A stretch of DNA of 29,796 bases, taken from the NCBI GenBank assembly GCA_031367385.1, contig JANLPS010000297.1, positions 1 through 29,796 of the forward strand, written 5' to 3'. The notes below the pieces were generated by a model. That model was not told where the DNA came from. It worked only from the letters and a program-made list of their open reading frames with translations, and did not search any database. The DNA comes from Archangium sp. (lineage in GTDB: Bacteria; Myxococcota; Myxococcia; Myxococcales; Myxococcaceae). Below are positions 19,072 to 27,428 of the stretch, piece by piece. A program made the translations under genes and the position numbers. Numbering within the stretch: the first letter of the stretch is position 1; each line of letters opens with the position of its first letter.

Positions 19072-20805
19072 TTAATACGGCACATCTTTGAGATTATCGA
19101 GCGGCTCACGCGACCGGGTCGCCGAGCTCGGCCGTCTCTGCAATGCGCTCAGCTCGACCGTCAGCGCGACATCGGCCATCGGTGAAATGGTTCGAGTCGC
19201 GGGCGCATACCCGTCGTGTCTGAACACCAGCTGCGCCGTTCGCCCAGGCTCCCAGTCGAGCTTCATCGGAGTCGTACCGATGATCGCATCGCCCTCGAGC
19301 ACTGTCGCATGGCTCGGCTGACTGTCGATCTGCACCATGATCGGGGCCGGCGCCGGGGGCTCGTCGACGACGGGTTCGGGCTCGACCGCCGCGGTGGCCG
19401 GCGTCGCTGCTGCCGGAGCAGGGCCATACTGAGCGCTGATGCGCCCGACGAGGCGGGGGGTTCGAATCGTCCAGCCAAGAGCTCCGAGACCGAGCAACAT
19501 CGTTGCTGCCACGACGACGAACGGTGTTCGCGAACGCAGCTGCCGGTGCTCGAGCTCGAGCTCTTTTTTTGCGGGGGCACGAGCGTCGAACACGTGCTGG
19601 AGGGCCGTAATGACGTCTCCCATCGACGGCGGGCGCTGCTCGGGCTGCTTGCGCAGCATCTGCATCACCAGCGTCGCCAGTCGCTCGGGCACCGGAGCAC
19701 AGTCGCTGGGCAGCGTCATCGATGGAGGTGGCTGGTGAATGTGGGCGGCGATCACCAGCGAGGGAGTCTCACCCTCGAACACCGGGCGCCCGGTGACCAG
19801 CTCATAGAGAATGAGCCCGAGCGAGTAGATGTCGCTGCGAGAGTCGACCGGCAACGTCGCCGCCTGCTCGGGCGACATGTATCGCGGCGTACCCATCAGC
19901 AGGCCCGAGCCGGTGGTGTGCGCATCGCTCGCCGTGCCAGTGGTGACCTTGGCGACGCCGAAATCGAGCACCTTGACGAAGTCGGGGCGATCATCGCGCT
20001 GCAAGATGATCACGTTGTCGGGTTTGAGATCGCGGTGCACGACGCCTCGTGAGTGCGCCGCGGCGAGCGCTCGGGCGATCTGCAAGCAAATGCCGATTGC
20101 GCGCCCGACCGGCAAGAGGCCCGCTTCGTTCAACAGCTCGCTCAAGGTTCGGCCCTCGAGGTATTCCATTACGAAGTAGAAGCGGCCATCGCTCGTTCGC
20201 CCGAAGTCGGAGATGTCGACGATGTTGTGCTGGCCGATGTGCGAGCAGGCGACCGCTTCACGCTTGAAGCGCTCGACGAAGTCGGGGTCGTTGCCGAGCT
20301 CGCGCCTCATCACCTTGATCGCCACCGTCTTGTCGAGCTCGACGTGCAGCGCCCGATAGACGTCGCCCATACCGCCCGACGCGACCTTGGCGACGATGCG
20401 ATAGCGGCCATCGATGTCTTCGGTCTGCCACAGCAGAATCGGCAGAGGGGAGGGGGCTGGCTCGAGCGCGCCCGTATCGAAGCGCGGCGCCGAGGCACGC
20501 TCGACGATCATGTCAGTGGTGCCAATGCGCAGCCGCGCGCCCTCACCGAGCATCGCCCGGTGAATCGCCGCGCCATTCACCAGCGTCGCTCCGAGGCCGG
20601 TGAGGTCTTCGACCCAGACCGTGCCGTCGCCTTGCTGAGCCACCCGAGCGTGCGCCGGGCTCACCAGCGTGTCGTGCAGGCGCACCGAGTTGCCCTCATC
20701 TGAGCCGAAGGTCACGTGATCGACGATCGGGTACCGCTCGCCCTGCGCGGGGCCCGTCACGGCGCGGAGTCGATAGGTCGGTTGGCGGCTGGGGCTCAGT
20801 GACAT
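19072..20805 (-). CDS. Membrane Ser/Thr protein kinase (FHA-like - kinase - TM - PEGA)
   Basis: ASGGMGDVY, VAIK, HRDLKPDN, DFG, GTPRYMSPE and SDIYSLG; a TM segment FVVVAATMLLGLGALGW; C-terminal IDSQPSHA...GTTP PEGA-like domain. Confidence 0.95.
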   Translation of the reverse strand: MSLSPSRQPTYRLRAVTGPAQGERYPIVDHVTFGSDEGNSVRLHDTLVSPAHARVAQQGDGTVWVEDLTGLGATLVNGAAIHRAMLGEGARLRIGTTDMIVERASAPRFDTGALEPAPSPLPILLWQTEDIDGRYRIVAKVASGGMGDVYRALHVELDKTVAIKVMRRELGNDPDFVERFKREAVACSHIGQHNIVDISDFGRTSDGRFYFVMEYLEGRTLSELLNEAGLLPVGRAIGICLQIARALAAAHSRGVVHRDLKPDNVIILQRDDRPDFVKVLDFGVAKVTTGTASDAHTTGSGLLMGTPRYMSPEQAATLPVDSRSDIYSLGLILYELVTGRPVFEGETPSLVIAAHIHQPPPSMTLPSDCAPVPERLATLVMQMLRKQPEQRPPSMGDVITALQHVFDARAPAKKELELEHRQLRSRTPFVVVAATMLLGLGALGWTIRTPRLVGRISAQYGPAPAAATPATAAVEPEPVVDEPPAPAPIMVQIDSQPSHATVLEGDAIIGTTPMKLDWEPGRTAQLVFRHDGYAPATRTISPMADVALTVELSALQRRPSSATRSREPLDNLKDVPY

Positions 20806-22469
20806 GGCTGCACCATGCCCGTGGTGACGTCGAACTCGCAGGCGTCTTTATGGCCGCAGGCGCAGTTGTCGCCGTTGCAGTCTTTGACCTTGCCGCACCC
20901 ATTGACGAAGGTTCCGGTCTCTCCACACCCCGGTACTCCGGTGGCTGGGCTGAAGGCCTTTTGGCGGCCCATGGGCTCTGCCATGACGGCGCCCCAGCCG
21001 GCCTTGCCGTCACCCTCGCACGGAGTGCCGAGGCCATTGGCCGCGCACACCGACGCGAAGCTGCAGCCCGTGAACCCCTCGGCGTACTGAAAATCGGGAG
21101 ACCCGCTGCAGTCGTAGTCGAAGTTGCCGCACGCGCTTGCTTTCGTGAAGTACCCTTTTTGGCCCGGCTTCGCGTCGGCATCGGTGTCGCAGCAGTCGTT
21201 TTTGTTCGACACGTAGCCGGTCGGGGCTTTGGGCTTCATACCGCAGACCGCTTGCGTCACGCGTGGGTCGCCCGCGCCGTCTTGGTCTGCGTCGCGGTAG
21301 AAGGTCTGCGATTGCGGCGCCGCCGAATCGACGCAAGTGGGGCGGCCGGTCGTGCATTGCGTGGTCCCCGCGGCGCAGGGCGCCCCGGGGTTGGTCGTGC
21401 AAGAGGCCCCGCTGACACAGGGGGTGCAGATATGCGCTGGGTCGCAGACCTGGTTGGTGCCGCAGCTCGCCCCGACGGTCTTGGGCGCTCCATCGACGCA
21501 CGTTCGCAGGCCGGCGGTACAGGCCGTGATACCCGCGAAGCACGGGTTGGGGTTCGTCGCACAGGCTTCGCCCGGGGCGCAGAGGCCGCAAAAGCCGGCC
21601 CCGTCGCAAATCGCCGCGACTCCGCAGACTTCACCCGCTTTCTTGGGTTCTCCGTCGGCGCATACCGAAGCCCCCGAGCCACACGACGTGACCCCGAAGC
21701 GGCACTTCGATGGGTTGGTACCACAGCTTTTGCCTGCTTCGCAGCTGACGCAACTGCCACTGCTGTTGCAGACCAGTGTGCCCCCGCATTCGGTACCCGT
21801 TGGTGCTTGCTTCGCGTCGATGCACGTCGGTGTTCCGGTGGCGCAGGAGGTCAGCCCTTCGAAGCAGGTTGCCCTCGGGTTGCTCGCGCAGGACAGCCCT
21901 GCTGCGCATTCGATGCAAACCCCTGCGGCGCTGCAGACCTTGTTCTCGGCGCACGATTGGCCGGCGCTCTTGCCGTGGCAGACGTTGGGGTCTTGGCAGC
22001 TCCCGTTGTGGCATTGGCCCTCGTCGCACACCACGCCGACGCAGGTAACATCGACACAGGCACCTCCAACACAGGCGGCACCCTCGAGACACACCGAGGC
22101 GCCGCACACCCGGCTGACGCAGCTGCCCTGAACGCAAGTGAAACGGCTGTCGCACGGTATGCGCAAGCAGGTGGTCTGGGTGCAGCGCCCTCCGAGGCAC
22201 ACCTGGTCGGCTGAACAAGTGCCTTCGACACAGCTTCGGCCGAGGCAGGCACCCTCGAAGCACGTCTCGCCAGAGCCACAAGCCGGAGCACAGGTGGCGC
22301 ACCGGCCGCCGTCGCACTCTGCTCCGCCGTCGGTGCTGGTAAGCTCGAGCGTGCACCCACCGTTGCCGGCGCGGCAGTCAGCCAGGCGCTTGTCGAAATC
22401 GATGCACCCCATGCTTACAGTAGTCATGACTACCATCGCTATGGATGGTATGCGCGCGCCGGCCCTCAC
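20796..22469 (-). CDS. Cysteine-rich repeat lipoprotein
   Basis: GTG 22469 overlaps the upstream stop and gives a signal peptide ending VSMGC. Four ~54-aa CxxNP...C...G...C...C.D repeats and a FYRDADQDGAGD motif. Confidence 0.82.
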   Translation of the reverse strand: MRAGARIPSIAMVVMTTVSMGCIDFDKRLADCRAGNGGCTLELTSTDGGAECDGGRCATCAPACGSGETCFEGACLGRSCVEGTCSADQVCLGGRCTQTTCLRIPCDSRFTCVQGSCVSRVCGASVCLEGAACVGGACVDVTCVGVVCDEGQCHNGSCQDPNVCHGKSAGQSCAENKVCSAAGVCIECAAGLSCASNPRATCFEGLTSCATGTPTCIDAKQAPTGTECGGTLVCNSSGSCVSCEAGKSCGTNPSKCRFGVTSCGSGASVCADGEPKKAGEVCGVAAICDGAGFCGLCAPGEACATNPNPCFAGITACTAGLRTCVDGAPKTVGASCGTNQVCDPAHICTPCVSGASCTTNPGAPCAAGTTQCTTGRPTCVDSAAPQSQTFYRDADQDGAGDPRVTQAVCGMKPKAPTGYVSNKNDCCDTDADAKPGQKGYFTKASACGNFDYDCSGSPDFQYAEGFTGCSFASVCAANGLGTPCEGDGKAGWGAVMAEPMGRQKAFSPATGVPGCGETGTFVNGCGKVKDCNGDNCACGHKDACEFDVTTGMVQPCH

Positions 22470-23455
22470 GGCAGCACCCCGGTCAGGCCCAGGCTGGCCC
22501 CGCCTGGGAACAGTGAGACCACCGGTGAAACCGGGGCCTCCGCGGTGGTTGCCAAGAAGATGATGCTGGTGACTGCGCCAACACCCGCCAGGCCGACTCC
22601 GACCCAGCCGAGGGTCTGCTCGGTCTTGCCTCTCACGGCGAGGTCTTGCGCTCGAGCCGTCACTCCGCCGTGGCTGGCCAACTCGAGGTCGAGGTCTTTC
22701 GCCGCGGTCGCCGCCATGACGAACCCTCCTGCCGCCAGGCCCGCTCCGACGGCCGTGGCGGTGATTGGGAGCCATGCAAATTTTCGCAATGGATACTGTC
22801 GCGAAGGTGACGTTCTGAAGCTCTTGAGCTCACCCGACGGGTCGCGGCTCAGGGGGTCGCCAGGGGCTGGCTTCTCTGGTTCGAGCGCAAAGGCGGGGAG
22901 CGCGGGCGGCTGAAGCACGTAGGAAAGCTCCATCGACTTGTGGGTCGACATGACGAAGCTGCGGGAGACCGTCTCGAGCCCGGCATGAGCGATTCGCACC
23001 CGGTGGTCGCCTGGCGGCAGCTCGACGAAGGCAGGGGAGCGGCCGATCGCCGCGCCATCGATCAAAATCAAGGAGTCAGCAGGCTCGGCCAACACCATCA
23101 GCTGCTGAACTCCTTTGGCCTTGAGCTGACGCTCGAGGCCGACAATCGCGCCATCGACCTCTTCGCGGTCGGCCGCGTCAGGTCGCTCTGCGAGATAGCT
23201 GCGGTAGGCCCTGAGCGCCGCAGGCGCGTTGCCAAGCTCTTCATGGCAGCGCGCAATGTTGAAGTAGATGGCCGCGTGCGGTTTCAGGGTGTAGGCCTTC
23301 TCGAATTGGCCCGCGGCAGCCGAGAATTGGCCCGCGCGAAACAGCTCTTGGCCTGAGAGAAATGCCGCGCGCGCTGCTGCGTCGACCGAAGCCGTTGGGG
23401 CTGCCGGAGTCGCGACACAGACGATGGCAACCGACAGCGCTCCGAGAAACGGCAT
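22466..23455 (-). CDS. TPR + PEGA domain exported protein
   Basis: Signal peptide; TPR helices (AAGQFEKAY, IYFNIARCHEELG); PEGA domain (EPADSLILIDG...GRSP...LPPGDHRVRI); Gly-rich hydrophobic C-terminus. Confidence 0.88.
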   Translation of the reverse strand: MPFLGALSVAIVCVATPAAPTASVDAAARAAFLSGQELFRAGQFSAAAGQFEKAYTLKPHAAIYFNIARCHEELGNAPAALRAYRSYLAERPDAADREEVDGAIVGLERQLKAKGVQQLMVLAEPADSLILIDGAAIGRSPAFVELPPGDHRVRIAHAGLETVSRSFVMSTHKSMELSYVLQPPALPAFALEPEKPAPGDPLSRDPSGELKSFRTSPSRQYPLRKFAWLPITATAVGAGLAAGGFVMAATAAKDLDLELASHGGVTARAQDLAVRGKTEQTLGWVGVGLAGVGAVTSIIFLATTAEAPVSPVVSLFPGGASLGLTGVLP

Positions 23456-23647
23456 ACGCGCCCCTTGTGCAACTCACAGGCCTTCGGCGGTCGTGAAATA
23501 GGAGGGAGCTGGCGGAGGGGATGCCCGCATTTTCGCCATGCCGAGCGCCGATGGTGCAAGCTCGCCACACCCCTTCAGCCCCACGCAGATGCCACGTTTC
23601 AACGAGTTATGACCACTCGTGTGCACAAGAGCGCCGCAACGAGCGGC

Positions 23648-24136
23648 TCAGGCATTGGCGGCTTCGTGCAGCTTCATCGCTTCGCGGCTGAACGCGGCCA
23701 GGCGGTAGAGCACAGTGCGGCGAGAGACGCCCAGTGTAGCGGCGACCTTCGACTGATCCATGCCCTTGCCGTGGTAGAGCATCGCGGGGGTTCTCAGGGC
23801 CTCGGGCGAGTTGTCGAGCACGTGGTTCGCGAAATTGCGAGCCACCACCATCTCCTCGAACTCGTCGTCGACCATGTCGGGTACGTGCTCGACCGGCTCA
23901 GCGTGGCGCTTCGAATCGCGCAGCACATTGAGGCAGTGGTTCGTCGTGATTCGGTGAATCCACGGGAGCACGGCGTCTTCACTTGGCGCCGAGTCGATGT
24001 GCTTGAGCACCTTCATGAACACGTCTTGGGTCGCGTCTTCGGCGACGACCTGGTTCTTCAACAGACGGCGGCAGCGCGCGTAGATGGTCGGCCCATACTT
24101 GGCGTACATCGCTTCAACTCGGTTCGTCGCAGCCAT
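23648..24136 (-). CDS. ECF-type RNA polymerase sigma factor
   Basis: Region 2 AEDATQDVF...WIHRITTNHCLN and region 4 helix-turn-helix VAATLGVSRRTV. GAGGAAG RBS before ATG 24136. Confidence 0.93.
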   Translation of the reverse strand: MAATNRVEAMYAKYGPTIYARCRRLLKNQVVAEDATQDVFMKVLKHIDSAPSEDAVLPWIHRITTNHCLNVLRDSKRHAEPVEHVPDMVDDEFEEMVVARNFANHVLDNSPEALRTPAMLYHGKGMDQSKVAATLGVSRRTVLYRLAAFSREAMKLHEAANA

Positions 24137-24300
24137 GGGGTCTTCCTCGGGCGAGCAGCAAGTACGAACTACTTGCCTACATGGTCGTACCCGGGGAGAC
24201 CGAAGTTGCGCGAGGCGGCAGACAGATCGTGCCAATTGATTTGCCCTCCCACGCCAGCACTCAACGCATTGTATTCGCAGCCGAATTACTGATTTTCACA

Positions 24301-24321
24301 ATAGAGTCTTGACGACTCTTT
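24301..24321. promoter_or_regulatory. Putative NrtR-type operator overlapping a sigma70-like promoter
   Basis: ATAGAGTC-TTGAC-GACTCTTT palindrome (GTC-N5-GAC core) centred on TTGACG (24309-24314), with TATGAC 17 bp downstream. It lies upstream of NAD salvage genes. Confidence 0.65.
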
Positions 24322-24355
24322 TTATGATATATATGACTCTTTCACGGAGATCTTC

Positions 24356-25801
24356 ATGAGCGCACCGCTGCTGGCAACCGACGGGTACAAGTTTTCGATG
24401 GCCGAGGCGGGGTGGCCACTGCGCCGGGAGACCTTCTATTCGTCGCATCGGAAGGGTGGCCTGCAGGTGCTGCCTTTCGATGTCGAGGCGGAGCTGGCTT
24501 TGCTGATGCCGGTCGCGCAAGCGGGCGACTGGGAGTGGCTTCGTAATCATGATTATGAAATGGGCGGGGGCTTCAAGGCCGCCATCGCCACCTACGCGGT
24601 CACGGTGCGGGCCCTGCCTCGCTTTTCGGTCTTTCACGATCGGGAGCCGATCTTTTCGATCACCGGCCCCTCGGCGCTGGTCTCATGGCTCGAGCCGCTG
24701 GTGCTGACCTGGAACTACCGAATTCAAGTCGCGACGGTTGCGTTGCTTCGACCCGAGGCATTGGGGCAATCGGTGGGCACCGTGACCTGCGAAGCCCAGC
24801 GTGACCTGGTGCTTCGAACCCTCGACGCGGTTGGCGTCAAGGCGCCTCCGATTCGGGTCGATGCCGATGGCTACATCGAGCGCGTTCGGGCTCAAGCGGC
24901 GGCCCTGGTCGCAGTGACCGCCGACGCGGGGAGGATCTTCGAGGTCGGCCTGCGAGCGGCGAGCTGCCTCGAGCAGCACTTGCTCGCGCTCGAGGGCTGC
25001 AAGGCCGCGGGCGTGATGCGCACCAGCAACGTGTACGGCGCGAAGGTCAAGGGCCTGGTGCCCGTCGGCACGATGGGGCACGAGCACATTCAGCGGTACG
25101 GCAGTGACCCGGCCGCGTTTCGCGCGATGATTGAGCGGCGTCACCAGCGTTCGAGCTTTCTGCTCGACACGTTCGACACCATCACTTCGGGGCTGCCGGC
25201 GGCCTTCGAGATCATGGCCGAGCGCAAGGGTGCGCACGACTCGATTCGCTACGACTCGGGTGACAAGGAGCTGCAGTACCGGCACGCCGCGAAGCTGGCG
25301 AACGCGATGGGTTTGCGGCCGGTTCAAATTCTCGAAGACGGGTTCGATGAAGCGCAGACCAGGCGCTTCGAAGCGCTCCGCGTCGAGCTCGGCGTGCGAC
25401 CCGAAGAGCAAGTGTATGGGTACGGCGGGTATCTCGTGGCACAGACCTCTGGTTCGGCGCTGACCCGAGACCGGGTCTCGGCGGTCTACAAGCTGTGTCA
25501 AACCGGGCAGCGCGCGACGATGAAGTTCGGCAACGAAGCCGGCGCGGGCAAAGAGAGTCTCCCCGGGCGGCCGGTGTTGTTTCGACGAGGCGCGGGGGTC
25601 AGTGGCCCATTCGGCATCGTCGGGCAAGCAGGCGAAGCGCCTCCGCCCGGGTACGCGGCGCTCGACGCGGTCGCCGATCTTCAGACAAATCTTCGCGTCG
25701 CACGCGAGGTCGCCTCGGCTGATTTGCGCCTTGGGCTTTCGGCGCAGACGCAGGCGCTCACCGACTCGCTCCGCACGGCCGCGTTTGGAGTGAAAACATG
25801 A
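24356..25801 (+). CDS. pncB: Nicotinate phosphoribosyltransferase (divergent)
   Basis: ATDGYKFSM, FEVGLR, TSNV, GTMGHE (phospho-His motif), LLDTFD, IRYDSGD and VYKL. GGAG RBS upstream. Confidence 0.88.
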   Translation: MSAPLLATDGYKFSMAEAGWPLRRETFYSSHRKGGLQVLPFDVEAELALLMPVAQAGDWEWLRNHDYEMGGGFKAAIATYAVTVRALPRFSVFHDREPIFSITGPSALVSWLEPLVLTWNYRIQVATVALLRPEALGQSVGTVTCEAQRDLVLRTLDAVGVKAPPIRVDADGYIERVRAQAAALVAVTADAGRIFEVGLRAASCLEQHLLALEGCKAAGVMRTSNVYGAKVKGLVPVGTMGHEHIQRYGSDPAAFRAMIERRHQRSSFLLDTFDTITSGLPAAFEIMAERKGAHDSIRYDSGDKELQYRHAAKLANAMGLRPVQILEDGFDEAQTRRFEALRVELGVRPEEQVYGYGGYLVAQTSGSALTRDRVSAVYKLCQTGQRATMKFGNEAGAGKESLPGRPVLFRRGAGVSGPFGIVGQAGEAPPPGYAALDAVADLQTNLRVAREVASADLRLGLSAQTQALTDSLRTAAFGVKT

Positions 25802-26751
25802 CGCGCGAGAGCCGTGCGTACTTGACCGGGGCCAGCGCACGAGCCAGGGCATTCGACATCACGCCTGCGGTGACGGCTGCCCGCGGCGCGTTCGAGAAAT
25901 TCGCACTCGATGAGCCGCTCGCCGACGCGCTCGAGCGCTCAGCGGGCGAGGCGACGGTCGAGTTTGAGACGACGTCTGGAGAGATGCCTGCCGCTGGCGC
26001 CTTTGAGAAGTTCGCATTCGACGAGCTGCGAGCCGGCGCGCTCGAGCGCTCAGCGTGCGAGGCGACGGTAGAGTTTGAGACGACGTCTGGAGAGATGCCT
26101 GCCGCTGGCGCCTTTGAGAAGTTCGCATTCGACGAGCTGCGAGCCGGCGCGTTTGAGCGCGCAGCGTGCGAGACGACGGTCGAGTTTGAGATGACGTCTG
26201 GAGAGAGGCCTGCCGCCGGCGACTTCGAGAACTTCGCATTCGACGAGCTGCGCGCCGGCGCGTTCGAGCGCGCAGCGGGCGCGGCGACGGTCGAGTTTGA
26301 AACGACGTCTGGAGAGAGGCCTGCCGCCGGCGCCTTCGAGAAGTTCGCATTCGACGAGCTGCGCGCCGGCGCGTTCGAGCGCGCAGCGGGCGAGGCGACG
26401 GTCGAGTTTGAAACGACGTCTGGAGACGTGCCTACCGAAAGCGCCTTCGAGAAATTCGCACTCGACGGCACGCCCGCGAACGCGCTCGACTGCAAAGTGG
26501 GCGCGGCGCCAGTCGTGTTCGAGACGACGTCTGTCGCGAAATTCGCATTCGACGGCCCGCTCGCCGACGCGCTTGAGTGCACATTCGACCTGGCCTTGGC
26601 GGTCGCGTTCGCCGCCGGCGGTGCACTGGTGGCTGCACCGGGCGCCGAGACCCCCTCAGTCCTCCCTGGCCTTGCGCACGACAGGCTCGTCGCTCGCTCG
26701 GAGATTATCAGCGCGGTGATTCATTCGTCGGCTTCGGGAGCGTTCATATGA
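25798..26751 (+). CDS. Hypothetical acidic tandem-repeat protein (37-aa repeats)
   Basis: The ORF fills the gap between pncB and PP2C exactly, with ATGA overlaps at both ends. Repeat consensus AFEKFAFDELRAGAFERAAGEATVEFETTSGE(M/R)PAAG. Confidence 0.55.
   Translation: MTRESRAYLTGASARARAFDITPAVTAARGAFEKFALDEPLADALERSAGEATVEFETTSGEMPAAGAFEKFAFDELRAGALERSACEATVEFETTSGEMPAAGAFEKFAFDELRAGAFERAACETTVEFEMTSGERPAAGDFENFAFDELRAGAFERAAGAATVEFETTSGERPAAGAFEKFAFDELRAGAFERAAGEATVEFETTSGDVPTESAFEKFALDGTPANALDCKVGAAPVVFETTSVAKFAFDGPLADALECTFDLALAVAFAAGGALVAAPGAETPSVLPGLAHDRLVARSEIISAVIHSSASGAFI
25888..26590. repeat. 111-bp tandem repeat: 5 full units plus degenerate 6th and partial 7th
   Basis: The anchor TT(C/T)GAGAA recurs at 25891, 26002, 26113, 26224, 26335 and 26446, an exact 111-bp period. 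Confidence 0.95.
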
Positions 26752-27428
26752 TTCGCGGCGCGTCGGTGATCGGCCGGGAGCACGTTCGGTTGGGCCGCAA
26801 CAATCAAGACGCGTGGGCGAGCGCAGAGCACCGACGTGCCCAGACCATCGTCGTCGCCGACGGCTGTTCGAGCGAAACGAATTCAGAAGTCGGCGCCCAA
26901 CTGGCGTCGCGGTGGCTCGCTCGGTGGGTTGCACAGCACTCAGCTGACCAAGCCCTCGATGCCCAGCTCGCGCTCGATGCGACCCGCGCGTTGACGGCTT
27001 GGCTGTATCGCCTCGCCAGCTCGCTCGATGGCGACGAGGCGAGCGTGATTCAGCACTACCTGCTCTTCACCGTGCTCTGCGCGACGTCGTTCGGCGACAG
27101 CACACTGGTGTTCGGCATCGGCGACGGCGTGGTGCAGGTCGACGAGCGGCTGATTCTCCTCGACTCCGGCCCCGAGAACGCGCCGAGCTACATCGCCTAC
27201 CGCCTCACCGGAGCGACCAGGCCCGAGCCGCAGATTCATTTCATCGGCACCGCGCGCCAGGTCACACTGATGACCGATGGGCTCGAACCCGTCGCCCACC
27301 GCGCCACCACATTGCTCTCAGAGCTGGGAGCGAACCCCCGCGCACTGCAACGGCGATTGAACGTTTTTTCCGAGACCGAACGGCTGCTCGACGACGCGAC
27401 GATCGCGACCCTCGCGGTGGAGGCGTGA
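26748..27428 (+). CDS. PP2C-family phosphatase (TerY-P/YegK-like)
   Basis: GASVIGREH...NNQDA, VVADGCSS, GIGDG, MTDGL and DDATI motifs. ATG 26748. Confidence 0.9.
   Translation: MIRGASVIGREHVRLGRNNQDAWASAEHRRAQTIVVADGCSSETNSEVGAQLASRWLARWVAQHSADQALDAQLALDATRALTAWLYRLASSLDGDEASVIQHYLLFTVLCATSFGDSTLVFGIGDGVVQVDERLILLDSGPENAPSYIAYRLTGATRPEPQIHFIGTARQVTLMTDGLEPVAHRATTLLSELGANPRALQRRLNVFSETERLLDDATIATLAVEA

Noticed and set aside
25758..26582. Antisense 274-aa Ser/Ala-rich ORF over the repeat
   Set aside because: Open frames propagate trivially in a repeat whose length is a multiple of 3. The plus ORF is co-oriented with the operon and coupled at both ends.
25888..26590. Repeat array as CRISPR
   Set aside because: The units are similar along their whole 111 bp with no unique spacers, and no cas genes are present.
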